From: Octopus sinensis
Lineage: Eukaryota
Assembly (NCBI RefSeq): GCF_006345805.1
Contig: NC_043000.1
Location: forward strand, 108,314,001-108,378,000
Reading direction: 5' to 3'
Length of the DNA: 64,000 nucleotides
Shown: positions 51,411 through 64,000 of the stretch, piece after piece
How the letters are laid out: every line of letters starts with the position of its first letter
Numbering within the stretch: the stretch's first letter is position 1
The notes under the pieces: model-generated
What the model was told of the DNA's origin: nothing
Database searches by the model: none
Seen by the model: only the letters and a program-made list of their open reading frames with translations
Made by a program: the position numbers and the translations under genes

Positions 51411-53625
51411 CACTGTACAACAATGAATTTGCTATAAAGAAAACATCACTTTCTGGAACAGTATTTACCATAGATAACGAAAATAAACTCCGTGTTTCAT
51501 GAAATGACTCCAGGGATTCGTAAAAGTGGGCCGTCACTAAATGGTATGCTTTTGCTTTAAAGTGGGCCGTTTTCTGTGAAAATAACATTTTTTCCAAGAA
51601 TTAAAGCGAGTTTTCTGCAAAATGGGCTGTTATTAATAGTAGATACGTTATTTGCATTAATAATTAAAGGAGGAACATATATATTTTTAGTACAATATTT
51701 ATGTTTCTTTCTATGTATAGCATCAGGTCTATCTCTCTGAAGAAACCAGCAAAAGTCAGCAAGCATGGCGGGACTGCACTTCCCCTTATATCGAGTTTCC
51801 ATTTGACTTACCTCTTGGTTGATCTCTCACCATGTTCGTCGCTAACGTCTGCTGCATGCTGAGGAAATAAAGCTAGATGCGAATACAAATAGTGAACTTT
51901 TAACGACATAATACACCCTAATGGTTTTCTGCAAGTACTTCATAGTAGGCTGCTCTGTACTTCCCAAGTAGACCATTACATACATTTCTGAAACTTTGTC
52001 ATGGATCCAATAGCAAAACATTTAACGTATTTTCAAAATTATCGTCGGTTAAAAGTTGCTGAATCTGGGGATCGACAAACACCCTTTCATTGATTTTCAC
52101 ATGGCTTGGTTTGGGAAACTTAGCTTTCAAGTGGCTCTTCTAGATTTAACTTCTTGATAAATTGTTTGATAAGGCCTAATTTAATATGCAATGGAGACAA
52201 AATTATGTTTTCCTTAGGAACGAGTGGTTCACGTATAACGTTATGTGAACCTATTTCTAATTCATTTCTCAATGGCTATTCACTACGGATGTAATGTTCT
52301 CCTTGCACGGCTGTCCCATTGACACATAAAGCACATGTACTTAATAAACCCAGCCTGTAAGCCACTTGCAATCGCAACAAATGTCGAGTCTGCACAAATC
52401 AGCCATTTATGCTCATTATATCTTATACTATCTAATATGAGCGATAAATTTTCGTACGTTTCCTTTAGAACAACAGAAAGAGCTACAGTAATTGACGGAA
52501 GTTTATTACCTATGTGCATTAGCACAGCTTTAGTACTATAAACCGAAGCGTCTATGAATAACCTCCACTCACTACGGTCTTATTTAAGTCAAGCTCTTCA
52601 AAGAGTCCCAGTATATTTTTACAATAGCACAAGCTGCTATTCATTCAACTTTTTCTATTAAACCATCTGTACGGTTTCGAAATTTTGTAATACTGACATC
52701 TTGAGTTACCTTTAACCTAGAAGCCAGTAACTTGCTTTGCATTTTCGTTAATCCCGAACAAGATCATTTAACTCATCCTGTACTAGGGGTTTTAGTCTGG
52801 ACTGTTCTGATGCAGGCACATACAATTTATCTTGTTCACAATTCTCTGTTGCTTCACTAGTATCGGATAAAGCCATTTTTGCTGGCACCGCAGGTATCGG
52901 AACGCTGGCCGAAAGAGGCTCAAGTCGAATGGCGGATTTCATATTCGGATAAATTCCCGACGAAGCACTCCCCGTTGTTATAACTGTTAAGAAAATAAAT
53001 TATATTATAGCATTTCCTATATTTAATGTATCGAATATAAATAAGTATATTTAGATAAATATATGCTAGGTTTAATGCAAATAAAACACAGCTTTAACAT
53101 CTCCAAGATAGAAATAGCAGTAAGAATGGTGGTCATGTGGTTCGCGCCAAATCATTGGAACACTAAACTTCATACTTCTTCACTTTCCCAAAAACTAATT
53201 TGAAAGACCATTAGTACATGTTGTATTACAGATATGTGGTACTCAACTTTTATCTTGGTCTCCTACCTCCACATCAACATTTAAGCAATACTGCTTTTTT
53301 ACCAACGGTGTAATGTTTCTTGCATTCTTCTGGAATGTCACAGTACCACAGATATAACAAAATTTGTCTGGGTGACTTCCACACTGCCCTCTTAGCATTT
53401 TAATGCAATTTGTATTCCAATTAACAATATAATTAAATATTTATAGGTATTTTATAGATTTTTTTCTCCGAAAATCCGAAAAAGTACCATAAACTAGAGT
53501 TACCATAAACTAGAGTCATTCCGTGAGAAAAGGTTGCCATTTTTCTGTTCTATGCATAAAACTATCCAAGAAAACGTTATTCTCATCTCTGTAGTCGAAA
53601 TCATGTGCATTTTTGTTGTACAGTG
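51411..53625 (-). mobile_element. Complete Chapaev3-type (CMC superfamily) DNA transposon
   Basis: Perfect 13-bp TIRs CACTGTACAACAA (51411-51423) and TTGTTGTACAGTG (53613-53625); TTA on both flanks (3-bp TSD); CAC..GTG termini. Confidence 0.88.
51670..53401 (-). pseudogene. Chapaev3 transposase, disrupted
   Basis: N-terminal C/H-rich domain PDKFCYICG..GDQDKS*VPHIC..VPMIWREPHDHHSYCYF. Catalytic blocks RLFIDAS, WLICADS..KYMCFMCQWDSRAR, SLKVHYLYSHL..SDEHGER and METRYKG..MLADFCW. Multiple stops and frameshifts; probable intron at about 52984-53089. Confidence 0.85.
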
Positions 53626-53699
53626 TTATCTATCACATTATACACATTTCAACACACATACACACACGTGTGTCTGTATATTTATATATGTAGACATCT

Positions 53700-53709
53700 G
53701 TCTGTCTAA

Positions 53710-53751
<42 letters not shown>

Positions 53752-53950
53752 GTTTGTCTGTCAGTCTATTTTCTATCTAACTATCTATGTATCTGTTTGT
53801 CTGTCTGTCTGTATATCTGTTTATCTATCTGTATGTATGTCTGTCTGAATGTATGTATGTATGTGTCTGTATGTATGTATGCCTGTTTATCTATCTGTCT
53901 GTCTGTTTTTTCTCTCTCTCTCTCTGTCTTTTCGTCTGTCTGTTTTTTTT
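53700..53950. repeat. (ATCT)/(GTCT)/(GTAT) mixed tetranucleotide array
   Basis: Seen directly. Confidence 0.95.
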
Positions 53951-54539
53951 TTTTGTCTATTATTCTATCTAATGCTTGTATCATTACAATTTAGAAACTT
54001 CGAGAGATGAAATAAATAGCTTTTTAGTAATGTGACTCGTAGTAGATAAATGATAACATGTAAATATAGATGTTGGGGTTGAAAAACATTTGCATCTTCT
54101 ACTGACGTTTTCCATCCAAGCAGTTTTCCTTTGGCTTTTTCCATCCAAGCATTGTTTTCCAACCTAATATTTATACGCTATTATCTAAAGCATTATCTAC
54201 TTCGAGTTCCACTGTAAAAAACGATTTTCTCATATCTCTTGAAATTCCTTAATGGCTATGACGTAAGCAACATACAATTCTCGTTGGAAGGAGCAAAGCT
54301 TCTAAAGTAGATGGAGAAATCCGATGGATTGTTTTGGTACAATGGGAGAACGTCAGTGATATTCACAGATGTGAATTCCAGTCTCACGTACAGCCATCGA
54401 CGTTTACCATTCAGCGATTTTTCTTTAATCCAATATTTACACGCTATTATTTATAGCTATATTTACTTTGAGCACCACCACTAAAAACGATATATATTTG
54501 TTTAATGCATGTGTGTGTGTGGGGGGGGGGGTTACATAG

Positions 54540-54780
54540 TTCAAATGTACAAAAAAAACATAAAATATACTCAGGTGAAGGAACCACAAACAAGGTGTAT
54601 TAGTGTGACGCTCAGGAAAGATGGAAAAGCCTTTGACGTTTCGAACATAGGCCCTTCGACAGAAAGGAATGAGGGAAAGAAAACGGAGAGAGAAAAAGAA
54701 TTTAGGGAGGATAAAAAAATGTGTCTGGATTAACGGTTTCACTTGTGAAAATGACCAGAAGGAAGAGGTTGAATTGAAAG
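54540..54780 (-). mobile_element. Penelope-like element terminal repeat fragment with a hammerhead-like motif
   Basis: Minus strand CTGTCGA-agggcctatgttc-GAAA-cgtca..tgagcGTC (plus 54607-54662), the minimal type I hammerhead layout known from PLE terminal repeats. Confidence 0.55.
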
Positions 54781-55239
54781 TCGCGGAGTTATATACATAT
54801 AGCTCCGCATTATATTCCTTATTTTGCCTTTCGTATCAATTGTGCATCTTTATTTTGTTGTATTGTAAATTTATTTTTGCCGTTCGATTTCTCCTCTCCA
54901 CCACTACCACCACCACCACCACCATCACCGCCACCGCTAGTATCATCATCATCAATTTTAGTGTGAAATCCAGGGGAGGGAGTTGGCTGATATCATCGAT
55001 CCTACTTCTTGACTGGAACTTTACCAGCCTCTCAATGAAAGGACGAACACAGAACACAGAATGTAGAGAACCGGATAAAATATTGCAAGATACTTTTTCC
55101 AATGGTCAAACAATTATGCCAATTTACCGCTCTATCATCGTCATCACCATCATAATCATCATCATCATCAGCAGCAGCAGCAGCAGCAGAAGCAAAATCA
55201 CTACCAACACCATCATAATCCGCATCGTCATCATTTGAA

Positions 55240-55745
55240 TTATTATCACTTTTATCATCTCATCCTTTTCCCCCAACATCTTCCCTAGCCTCTTATCCCT
55301 TCTCATTCCCTTCTATCAACTCCCTGCTCTTCTTCACCGCATCTTCCTTCACCTTTCTCATCATCCTCAACCCCATTATTCCCTTCACTATATCCTCCTC
55401 CTCCTCCTCCCCCACCTCCACTTCCTCCTCCTGCCCCACCTTCACTTCCTCCTCCTCCCCCACCTCCACTTCCTCCTCCTCCCCCTCCCCCACAGCCACC
55501 GCCTCCACCTCCACCACCACCACCTGCTCCACCTCCTCATCCACCACCGCCACCACCTCCACCGCCTCCACCACCTCCCCCACCTCCTCCTCCCCCGCCT
55601 CCCCCGCCTCTTCCTCCTCCCCCTCCTCCTCCTCCTCCTCCTCATCATCATCATATGCTTTTTCTTCTTCATCTTTTTTCTTCCCCTTCTTCTTTTTCTT
55701 CGTTTTCTCTTCATCTTCATTGTCGTCGTCATCCTCAGTATCATA
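55240..55745. repeat. Polypyrimidine (CCT/CCA/CTT) low-complexity tract
   Basis: Seen directly; produces the spurious Glu-rich and Arg/Trp-rich minus-strand ORFs. Confidence 0.92.
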
Positions 55746-56073
55746 ATTTACATATACACACATACGTTTTATTTTATTTTATTATTTTTTTTTTACAAAA
55801 ATCCACATTATTAGTAAATGCAGGATGAAATTTCTCATAAGGAATTTTAGTTTTCATAACCATTTTATAGCTCCGGGAACAAAGTTAGCTTGTTTTGTTA
55901 GTATCGTATGACAAATCCAGTATCCGTGTAATCCGGGTTTGTTCTGCATCAACGCGGTAAATATAAATCCTGAAGGCAAAATACGAGCAAGAACAGCGGT
56001 GGTGAGGGTAAGATGGGGATTTATAATTTATAAACACAAACAACAAAGCAAAACAACGAACCAGGAGCACAAA

Positions 56074-56173
<100 letters not shown>

Positions 56174-56542
56174 GTTATGCTGTGAAAGGAAGTTCGCTTA
56201 ACTGTAGATTAAGTTTAGCATAGCAACGAAAGAAAATACGTAGTATCAGAACGTGAATATAACTAAACTTTAGAGGTAATACTTCGTGGTTGATGTTGTT
56301 CTTGTGGATGTTGTTGAGTTTGTTGTTGTTGTTGCTCTTTTAGAATTTGGTGTTGTTTTATGTGTAGAATATATGATACTGAAATCTGAAATTCTAATAA
56401 ATTTTCAAATTCTGACTAATATGCATGAGAAAAATGCACTCCTGTGGAGCGTTTTAAATGGGTAGGCACTTTTCTTTTAGGACGAGACTCAGCGTTGTTT
56501 CCAGAAAATTGAACATTGGTTAATATTCTGACATACGCTCAT

Positions 56543-56985
56543 GTGGTAAGCTGGCAGGTTGTTACTGCGCTGGGCAAAATGCTTTGTGCTATTTCGTCCG
56601 TCTGTCTTTCCGTTTTAAGTTCAAATTCCGTCGAGATCGACTTTGCCTTTTATCCTTTCTTGGTCGATAAAATAAGTAGCAGTTAAACACAAGGGTACAT
56701 GCAACCGGATATCCCTTTGCTTAAAATTTCAGGCCTTGTGCCTATAGTAGAAAGGAGTACTCTAACGTACGTAAGGTGGCAGGCCGGTAGAACCATTAGC
56801 ACACCGAGCAAAATGTTTAGCGGCATATCGTCCGTCTTTACATTCTGAATTCAAATTCCCCCGAGATTGACTTTGCCTTTCAAACTTTCGGGATCAATAA
56901 AATAAGTACCACTTGAGCACTGAAGTTGATATAATCGATTTACCCCTCCCTCGAAATTGCTGGCCTCGTACCAAATTTTGGAACG
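56543..56985 (+). mobile_element. Two tandem OK-like SINE copies with different tails
   Basis: Units at about 56543-56750 and 56774-56985. Confidence 0.82.
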
Positions 56986-58124
56986 TTATTGAGTTCCTAT
57001 AATTGTTGGGATGGTCATAGCTGCTTATTTTTTACATTCTCAACCATCAGAATCCATTTTCTTCAAACTCTCTTGTGTAGCTGAATGAAAACCAACTTCA
57101 ACAACCACATGAACAACAACAGGAAATAAAATATAGCAATGAAAACAAACGAGAATACTTAAACTTCTCTTTTCAATAGTCGACGAAAGTGTATTAATCG
57201 ATTTTTTAGGCAAGGAACTAAAGGTTGTATTGGTGAAGGTTGTGAGGGAATGATATAAAACAGGGAATGTTGATTGGTGAATGAAAACTTGATGTGTAAT
57301 TTTTCCTCAAAAATTTTACTTTTCAATTAAGATACATTCATTGCTTTTAATATAATTCTATTTCAATATCTCGTGCAGTTTTAAAAGGGGATTGATGTCT
57401 AAAAAGAGAGGATAGGTAAGGGTGTATTTAGGTGATGTATGAACGAAGATTGGGAAGATAAAGAGATTAAGGAAGAAGAGTAGATGAAAATATTGCATGC
57501 AGGAATATGAAGAAGTTGGGAGAATGCAGAGTAGGAAGAAAAATATGAGAATATTAGAGAATAATAAAGAAGTGGTTTGAGGAAAGTATTGTCGTGGCTA
57601 TAGGAAGTAGAAGTAATTAAAAGAGCATATACTGGGATTGCATGTGTGGAAGGATGAGTGAATGCGGATTGTGTGTATTTGTTGTAGACAGGGAAGAGAA
57701 AATAAGAGAATGTATGGCATAACTAGGGAGGCATCAAGGGTGGTAAGAATGTGTAAATGGATAGAGACAAAAAAAATGTATAACTCTTGAATGCGGTATG
57801 ATAGACATAATGGTGACAGCGGAAGAAATAAATACAGAGAAAAAGTAAGATTATGTGAGACTAATGAATCGTGAGGAGAGCAAGAAAGGTGGATGCAAAG
57901 AAGAATATGGAGAGAAAAAAGAACAAAAAAAACAAAAAGTTGTTGTGGAAATAAAAAGAATGAATCACATTTTGGATGATGTAAAAGTTTTCATCGTAGA
58001 ATCTATTAATAAAGTATTCAATTTTAGGTTCCAACAGACGAACTGTTGTAAGTAACGCTATGGAAACTAAACTATCAATAACTATAGACAGCACATAACT
58101 CTCTGCATCATATATTTGCGTGTA

Positions 58125-58450
<326 letters not shown>

Positions 58451-59309
58451 TGTGTGAGCTTTTACGATTACTGTTCAGTTATAATTAGAAACTTTGGAAA
58501 GTATTGTGAGAAAAGATATCGGTATAAAATCTCAGAAGATGAATACGTGTGTGCCAAGTCGTGTGTGCAAATATGGGTTTGCCAGTGCGTATGTGTGTGT
58601 GTGCGCGCTTGTATGTGCATATGTGTGTACGTGCATATGTGTGTATATGTGTTTGACTATGCGTGCTTGAGTTTGTGTTTGTGTTTTCCATGATTAATTT
58701 TTTTTCTATTTCTGTATGTTTGTGTCTAGGTTTTCATTTGAATACGTAATCGTCTACTTGAAATACCAGCTATTATATAACACTGTCAGTTTAACAACAA
58801 TGCATCGGCTCTGATGTACGAGCGTATATTTGACAGCAAATTATAGTTTTCTGTATCTCTTCTTAACAAAAATGTATCCCTTCTTTTCCTGTTAATACGG
58901 TTAATCTACCGTTTATGAGTATCTCTCATTAGAAAAGTCACGCAAATGTCAAATTTTGATGGAATCAAAGATATTTTTAAATATGACATTTAAATCATTC
59001 CTTTGCATGCTCCGTTCCGTAAAACAAGCAATTCATTTTTAATTTTAATTAAAATTTCTTAATTTAAACAACTTTCAACACATTAAGAAAATTAAGTCTG
59101 ATGTATCAACATTGTGGAGGAAACATGGTGGAATCGATACGTTATCATGAATTCAGTTTTGCTGTCGGCGTATCATAGTGTTTGTGTGTTACGTTACATT
59201 TTTTTCTTTACACACATACCTTGGAGAAATACGTTGCAGATCTTTCAAGAACTCTTCTTTACTTCATACCTATCTGGAAACCTTTATGATGAAAAACGCT
59301 TAACATTAA

Positions 59310-59468
59310 TTTGTCCCTCTCTACGTTCTGAGTTCAAATGCCGCCGACGCCGACTTTGCCTTTTATCCCATCGTGGTCCATAAAATATGTACCAGTTGAT
59401 CATTGACGTCGATGTTATCGACTTACCCCCAGCCCCGAAATTGCTGGTCTAGTACCAAATATTGAGAC
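59310..59468 (+). mobile_element. OK-like SINE (head truncated)
   Basis: acgttctgagttcaaatgccgccg..gactttgcctttt..gtcgatgttatcgactt. Confidence 0.82.
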
Positions 59469-60092
59469 TAATATTTCATATCCTTCAGAAGTGATTAGAT
59501 TATAATGCTAATTATGATTCCATTTAAATACTTCACCGCTTTCTTTTTGATAATAGCTACAGACGTGTTACCGTCATATACGGGTAACATTTGCTACCAT
59601 GGGTGGCAACAATTTCAATTTTATCAAATAAAGCAAATTTGTCATTTCTATAGCTCCCCACAAATTATTTATTTATTCTCTTTTTACCCTCTACTTTTCT
59701 GTATCTATAAGTCTTTTCATGTGTGTATGTGACGCACCTTTTTTACTCTTACCTGCCACCAAGCCAGGTATGTACACCCATCCAGTACTTCTAAAGTTAA
59801 TTCTCTCTGCGTCTTTACTCTCTCCCATATCTTTATTCGATGTAAAACCTTAGCAACCAACCAACCAGCCAACCAACCAACCAATCGACCAACCCACATT
59901 TATATTGTCTATTATTAAATAGGGCTTGATACGTTCTTTCTTATTTCTTTCAAGAACGTTATTCAACGTTCTTAAATAGTATACGAAGCAGAGGCGAGCG
60001 GTATGAATCTAAAAGTAAAAATTATCCACCTATGTATGTATGTATGTATGTATGTATGTATGTATGTATGTATCTATCTATCTATCTATCTA

Positions 60093-60154
<62 letters not shown>

Positions 60155-60157
<3 letters not shown>

Positions 60158-60490
60158 TTTTATTCTTTTACTTCTTTCAGTCATTTGACTGCGGCCACGC
60201 TGAAGCAACTCCTTTAGTCGAACAAATCGACCCCAGGACTTATTCTTCGTAAGTCTAGCACTTATGCTATCGGCTCCTTTTGCCGAACCGCTAAGTGACG
60301 GGGACGTAAACACACCAACATCGGTTGTCAAGCGATGATGGGGTCAAACACAGACACAAATAACAAACACACTCATTCATATATATACATATATATATAT
60401 ACATACGACGGGCTTCTTTCAGTTTCCGTCTACCAAACCCACTTACCAGGCTTTGGCCGGCCTTAGGTTATAGTAGAAGACACTTGACAA
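60155..60490 (-). mobile_element. OR-like SINE lacking its head
   Basis: tttacttctttcagtcatttgactgcggcc..acgacgggcttctttcagtttccgtctacc; truncated where an OK-like copy (60495-60640, minus) begins. Confidence 0.9.
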
Positions 60491-60810
60491 AGGCAATTAC
60501 ATTGACACCAGGGTTCAACTAGTACTTATTTCATCGACCTTGAAAGGACGGAAGCTAAAGTCGACCTCGGCGGAATTTGAACTCAAAAAATTACAAAATA
60601 CCGCTAAGCATTTTGCGCGGACTACTAACGATTTTGCTAGTATTATATGATTGTAAATGTTAAATAATTAAATTCGCGCTTTCTCATAAAATTGATATTT
60701 ATCTATGCATATATATTTATTCTCGACTGAGATAGTAACATTTTGCTAATTAGATATTTGGAAGTCTGTTATGATATATTTAAACTATTGTATTCTTATA
60801 TACTTTGCAG

Positions 60811-60870
60811 GGACGGTAACCGTGTTCATAGGGGCTCTGCTGCTTCTGCCATTACTAATGAGTGCAATAG
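60811..60870 (+). CDS. Candidate 60-nt symmetric (phase 1-1) exon encoding a hydrophobic segment
   Basis: Strong acceptor tatactttgcAG, donor AG|GTGAGA, frame xTVTVFIGALLLLPLLMSAI; signal-peptide or transmembrane-like. Confidence 0.45.
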
Positions 60871-60984
60871 GTGAGAATAATTTCATTACACGTTTTTTCT
60901 TTGCCGTTCAATCCATACCTGTTGGGCCACACTGAATCAGTAGTGATACTATCATCTTTTATTTATTTAGATAGACACAAATCA

Positions 60985-60985
60985 T

Positions 60986-61061
<76 letters not shown>

Positions 61062-61106
61062 CACATGAATGCATGTCTGTGTATATACATATATGTGTGT
61101 GTATAC

Positions 61107-61155
<49 letters not shown>

Positions 61156-61197
61156 GTATATATACATATATATGTATGTATATATATATATATGTAC

Positions 61198-61288
<91 letters not shown>

Positions 61289-61350
61289 TGTGTGTGTGTG
61301 TGTCTGTGTGTGTGTATGTATACATATATATGTATATACATCTATATATA
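60985..61350. repeat. (TA)n/(TG)n microsatellite complex
   Basis: Seen directly. Confidence 0.97.
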
Positions 61351-61389
61351 TATGTCGATATGTTTGATCTTAATGTGTTTTTTTTGTCT

Positions 61390-62487
61390 ATACCTTCCTG
61401 GTCGGCACACTTGTAATTCAATTTTCTTTACGTCCTGACGTAAGTTTACCATTCTTTGACACTCTTCAGCAACTGTTTGTTGGGTTAAACTTTGGTTCGC
61501 TTGTCCAAGTTTTGTAGAATTCTTGCACGTATTTCCGCATCTTTGTTTCCCGTAAGCCCTTATACAAAAATGAGGCTCTTAAACATATAAGGAGTTAGTT
61601 CCTTAAGTTTAAACGTTTCACACATTCTGTTTACGATCGCGGCATACGTCACAAAGTCTTCATCCTCTCTTTTAACTGGGTTCCAACACTCCCATCGAGT
61701 GTTAAATAGGGAACTCTTTTCACTGAATATTTTTGATTGTAGTTAGACTGTTTCCTGGGAACAAATTCCACTAGTTTTTTGGAGTAGTATGAAATTACAA
61801 TATTTTCCATGTTCATTCAGCGCTAATTTGCGTAATAATAGTCTTACATTTTCGTTATCCGTCCACGACTTGCAATCTTTCCTGAAGATTTCTTCGTACC
61901 TTCTAAAGTGCGCAGCAAACGTTTAACCCCCACCTGGGTCATAACTGAATTCTGTTATAGAGTTCGATACGCTGTCGGACAAAAACGAATATTTTTTCCG
62001 GACTTCTTAAGACATAACTGTTGTTTTCTTGTTGCTGAAGTGGTTATTTCTGCAACTCTTGTTGCTGCTCTTGTTGCTGTTATTGCAACTGTATCATAGA
62101 AGCTAATAAGTCTTACATCATTAACAACTTTGTATCTCAAAAATTTGTTAGCTGACTTGCATGAGCTTCGAATCCTCGTTGCCAATATTGTAACATAATT
62201 AATTACTCGTCGTTAATCATTGTAGCATCACCACTATTTATGATGATAGTTGTTTATACTATAACCGTGTTGTAACAATAAAACATATAAAGAAGCAGGG
62301 TAGCAGCAACGTAACAATCCAACAAACTCTCCACGAACTATGCACGAACCAACAAACGATATTCCAACAAACTACCAAAACGACGCCTTACGACTTACTG
62401 CGATTAATGCCAACTCAAACCGCTACTATCTATAGTCGTTCGGTCAAGTCTATTCTCACAGGGGGTATCGTAACTGTCGCCACAACA
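61390..62487 (-). mobile_element. Ty3/Gypsy LTR retrotransposon 5' end: LTR, PBS and decayed gag
   Basis: LTR at about 62189-62487 with TG..CA ends. PBS TGGCAACGAGGAT (62172-62184) is one mismatch from the complement of the tRNA-Ser(GCU) 3' end ATCCTCGTCGCCA. Gag remnant: NSITEFSY..FRRYEEIF..LLLRKL..SLFNTRWECW..EDEDFVTYAAIVNRMCETFKL..LIFVQGL..EIRARIL. Confidence 0.85.
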
Positions 62488-62568
62488 TACATACATACAT
62501 ACATACATACATACATACATACATACATACATACATACATACATACATACATACATACATACATACAA
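62486..62568. repeat. (ACAT)n microsatellite abutting the LTR
   Basis: Seen directly. Confidence 0.98.
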
Positions 62569-63669
62569 GTAATTTTATCAAGCTTTTAGAACTGAAGTAC
62601 TAATATTTCGTGTCACAAATTTCAGCTGAATGTTATACAAAATCTAATAAATGTATTTCTCTTGAAACGTTACTAATTTGCCGACACAAGCTTCATAAAA
62701 CATTTACTCACACTCACTCGAATCTAGTATTTTCTAATAATTTGCTTTACATCTGCATGAGTTGCTGTATTGTGATCAGCCCTAGGTAATTGCCTTGTGT
62801 ACATCTTTGGTGTTATATCAGTTTATATTTTCGTGTCGACCATAAAAATGCTATTGTAATGTTTTAACCAATAAATTGCTTCACAGTTTTAAGTGAGTAT
62901 ATTTCCCTTTCAAGTATGTCGCCATTCCACCTATACTAATCAGCTTCTGCACATGTGCATTCTAGTTTTTTCTATTTTTAAGAGAACAGTTAACTTTCTA
63001 ACTGCGCTGGAGTGCTTGTAAAATAGTCCGCATCCGCATCCATTATACTCCTAAAACATTACATAATATACAAGTCTTCAATTTGGAATATATCTATCTA
63101 TCTATCTATCTATCTATGGGAAAACATAAATGTGCTAACGAAGAGATCGGTAAAGGCAGTTGGAATCCGATTTTGCCTGGTCAAGCAATTTGGGTCAAGA
63201 TGAAAAAGTTTTTTTGACCAATCAAAAATAAATTGGAAGCGCATTGTGACCAGCGGTGTGTAACAGCATCTGATGGTCGATACTTTGATAAATTATTGGT
63301 TGCTACGTATGTTTGACCATTGCAGTAGTTTGGAACTCAGCATTACATGTTCCAAGATCTGTAACAGAATACACTCTGTTACAAAGATGTGTAAGAATGT
63401 AATAAAGTGTTCCACTGATGATCCATTGCGATTAACTATCCAAATGCACTTGAAACGTGTACTGTCGAGTTCCAAACGTACGTAGGAACTAATCATTTAT
63501 ACTTATGTTTCTCTTAATTTTCCCCTACATATGCTCTCTATACGAAAACTAGTAACACTAGTGGTTGACTAACCACTATACTGAAAGATAACTGTATAAT
63601 GATAATCTACTTGGAGCTCTAACTCATATAAAATTAGTCGTAAATTAAATTGTATATATATATATATAT

Positions 63670-64000
63670 ACAGGACAAGTAAACACAGAGAAAGGACCCT
63701 TCATTAGTTGTCGGCTGTCTATCTACCTCCCATTTCAAGCATTCAACGACAATATGAGTCTTCAAAGACAGTTGCTCCCATAAATTCTAAAATAAAATTT
63801 TGGATTTATGATGTGTGTGGGGGGGGGGTCAAATTTGGGAACAAAAACATGACAGTGGAGACATACAAGGAAACTCGACGAAAACAAATATGGAGGGTCG
63901 TTAGACCAGAACGAGAAGAAAATAGTGAACGCTGGGAGAAAGAGAAAAGATAGAAGAGAGAGAGAGAACACGTCCATCATTTTGAACGTCCGAGCAGGAA
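63670..64000. mobile_element. Interspersed repeat fragment (possibly a Penelope-like terminus), runs off the window
   Basis: Starts right after a (TA)n run, with a layout similar to 54500-54780; family not resolved. Confidence 0.3.

Noticed and set aside
55293-55763. 156-aa Glu/Lys-rich minus-strand ORF
   Set aside because: Derived from a degenerate GAG/GTG trinucleotide tract; no splice or domain evidence.

Overview
Eukaryotic, AT-rich, repeat-dominated DNA, most likely an octopus genome. I infer this from the tRNA-derived SINEs, which resemble the octopus OK/OR families, and from the extreme microsatellite load. There is no operon, CRISPR array, rRNA or intact tRNA gene, and no intact protein-coding gene can be named. 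Nearly all ORFs in the track are microsatellite or transposon artefacts. The window holds about 25 SINE copies, decayed LINEs (CR1/L2, RTE, R4/Dong-type with CCHC+REL domain, Tx1/L1), Penelope-like termini with hammerhead-like cores, and a structurally complete ~2.2 kb Chapaev3-type DNA transposon (13-bp TIRs, TTA TSD). It also holds an internally deleted Helitron with a young PIF1 helicase pseudogene, a non-autonomous Helitron, the 5' LTR+PBS+gag of a Gypsy element, several MITE-like inverted repeats and long hairpins, and a 399-bp tandem duplication. A few unique plus-strand segments with splice signals may be exons of an unidentified large-intron host gene (low to moderate confidence). I found no convincing novel system. 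Family assignments come from recalled motifs, not database searches, and many boundaries are approximate.
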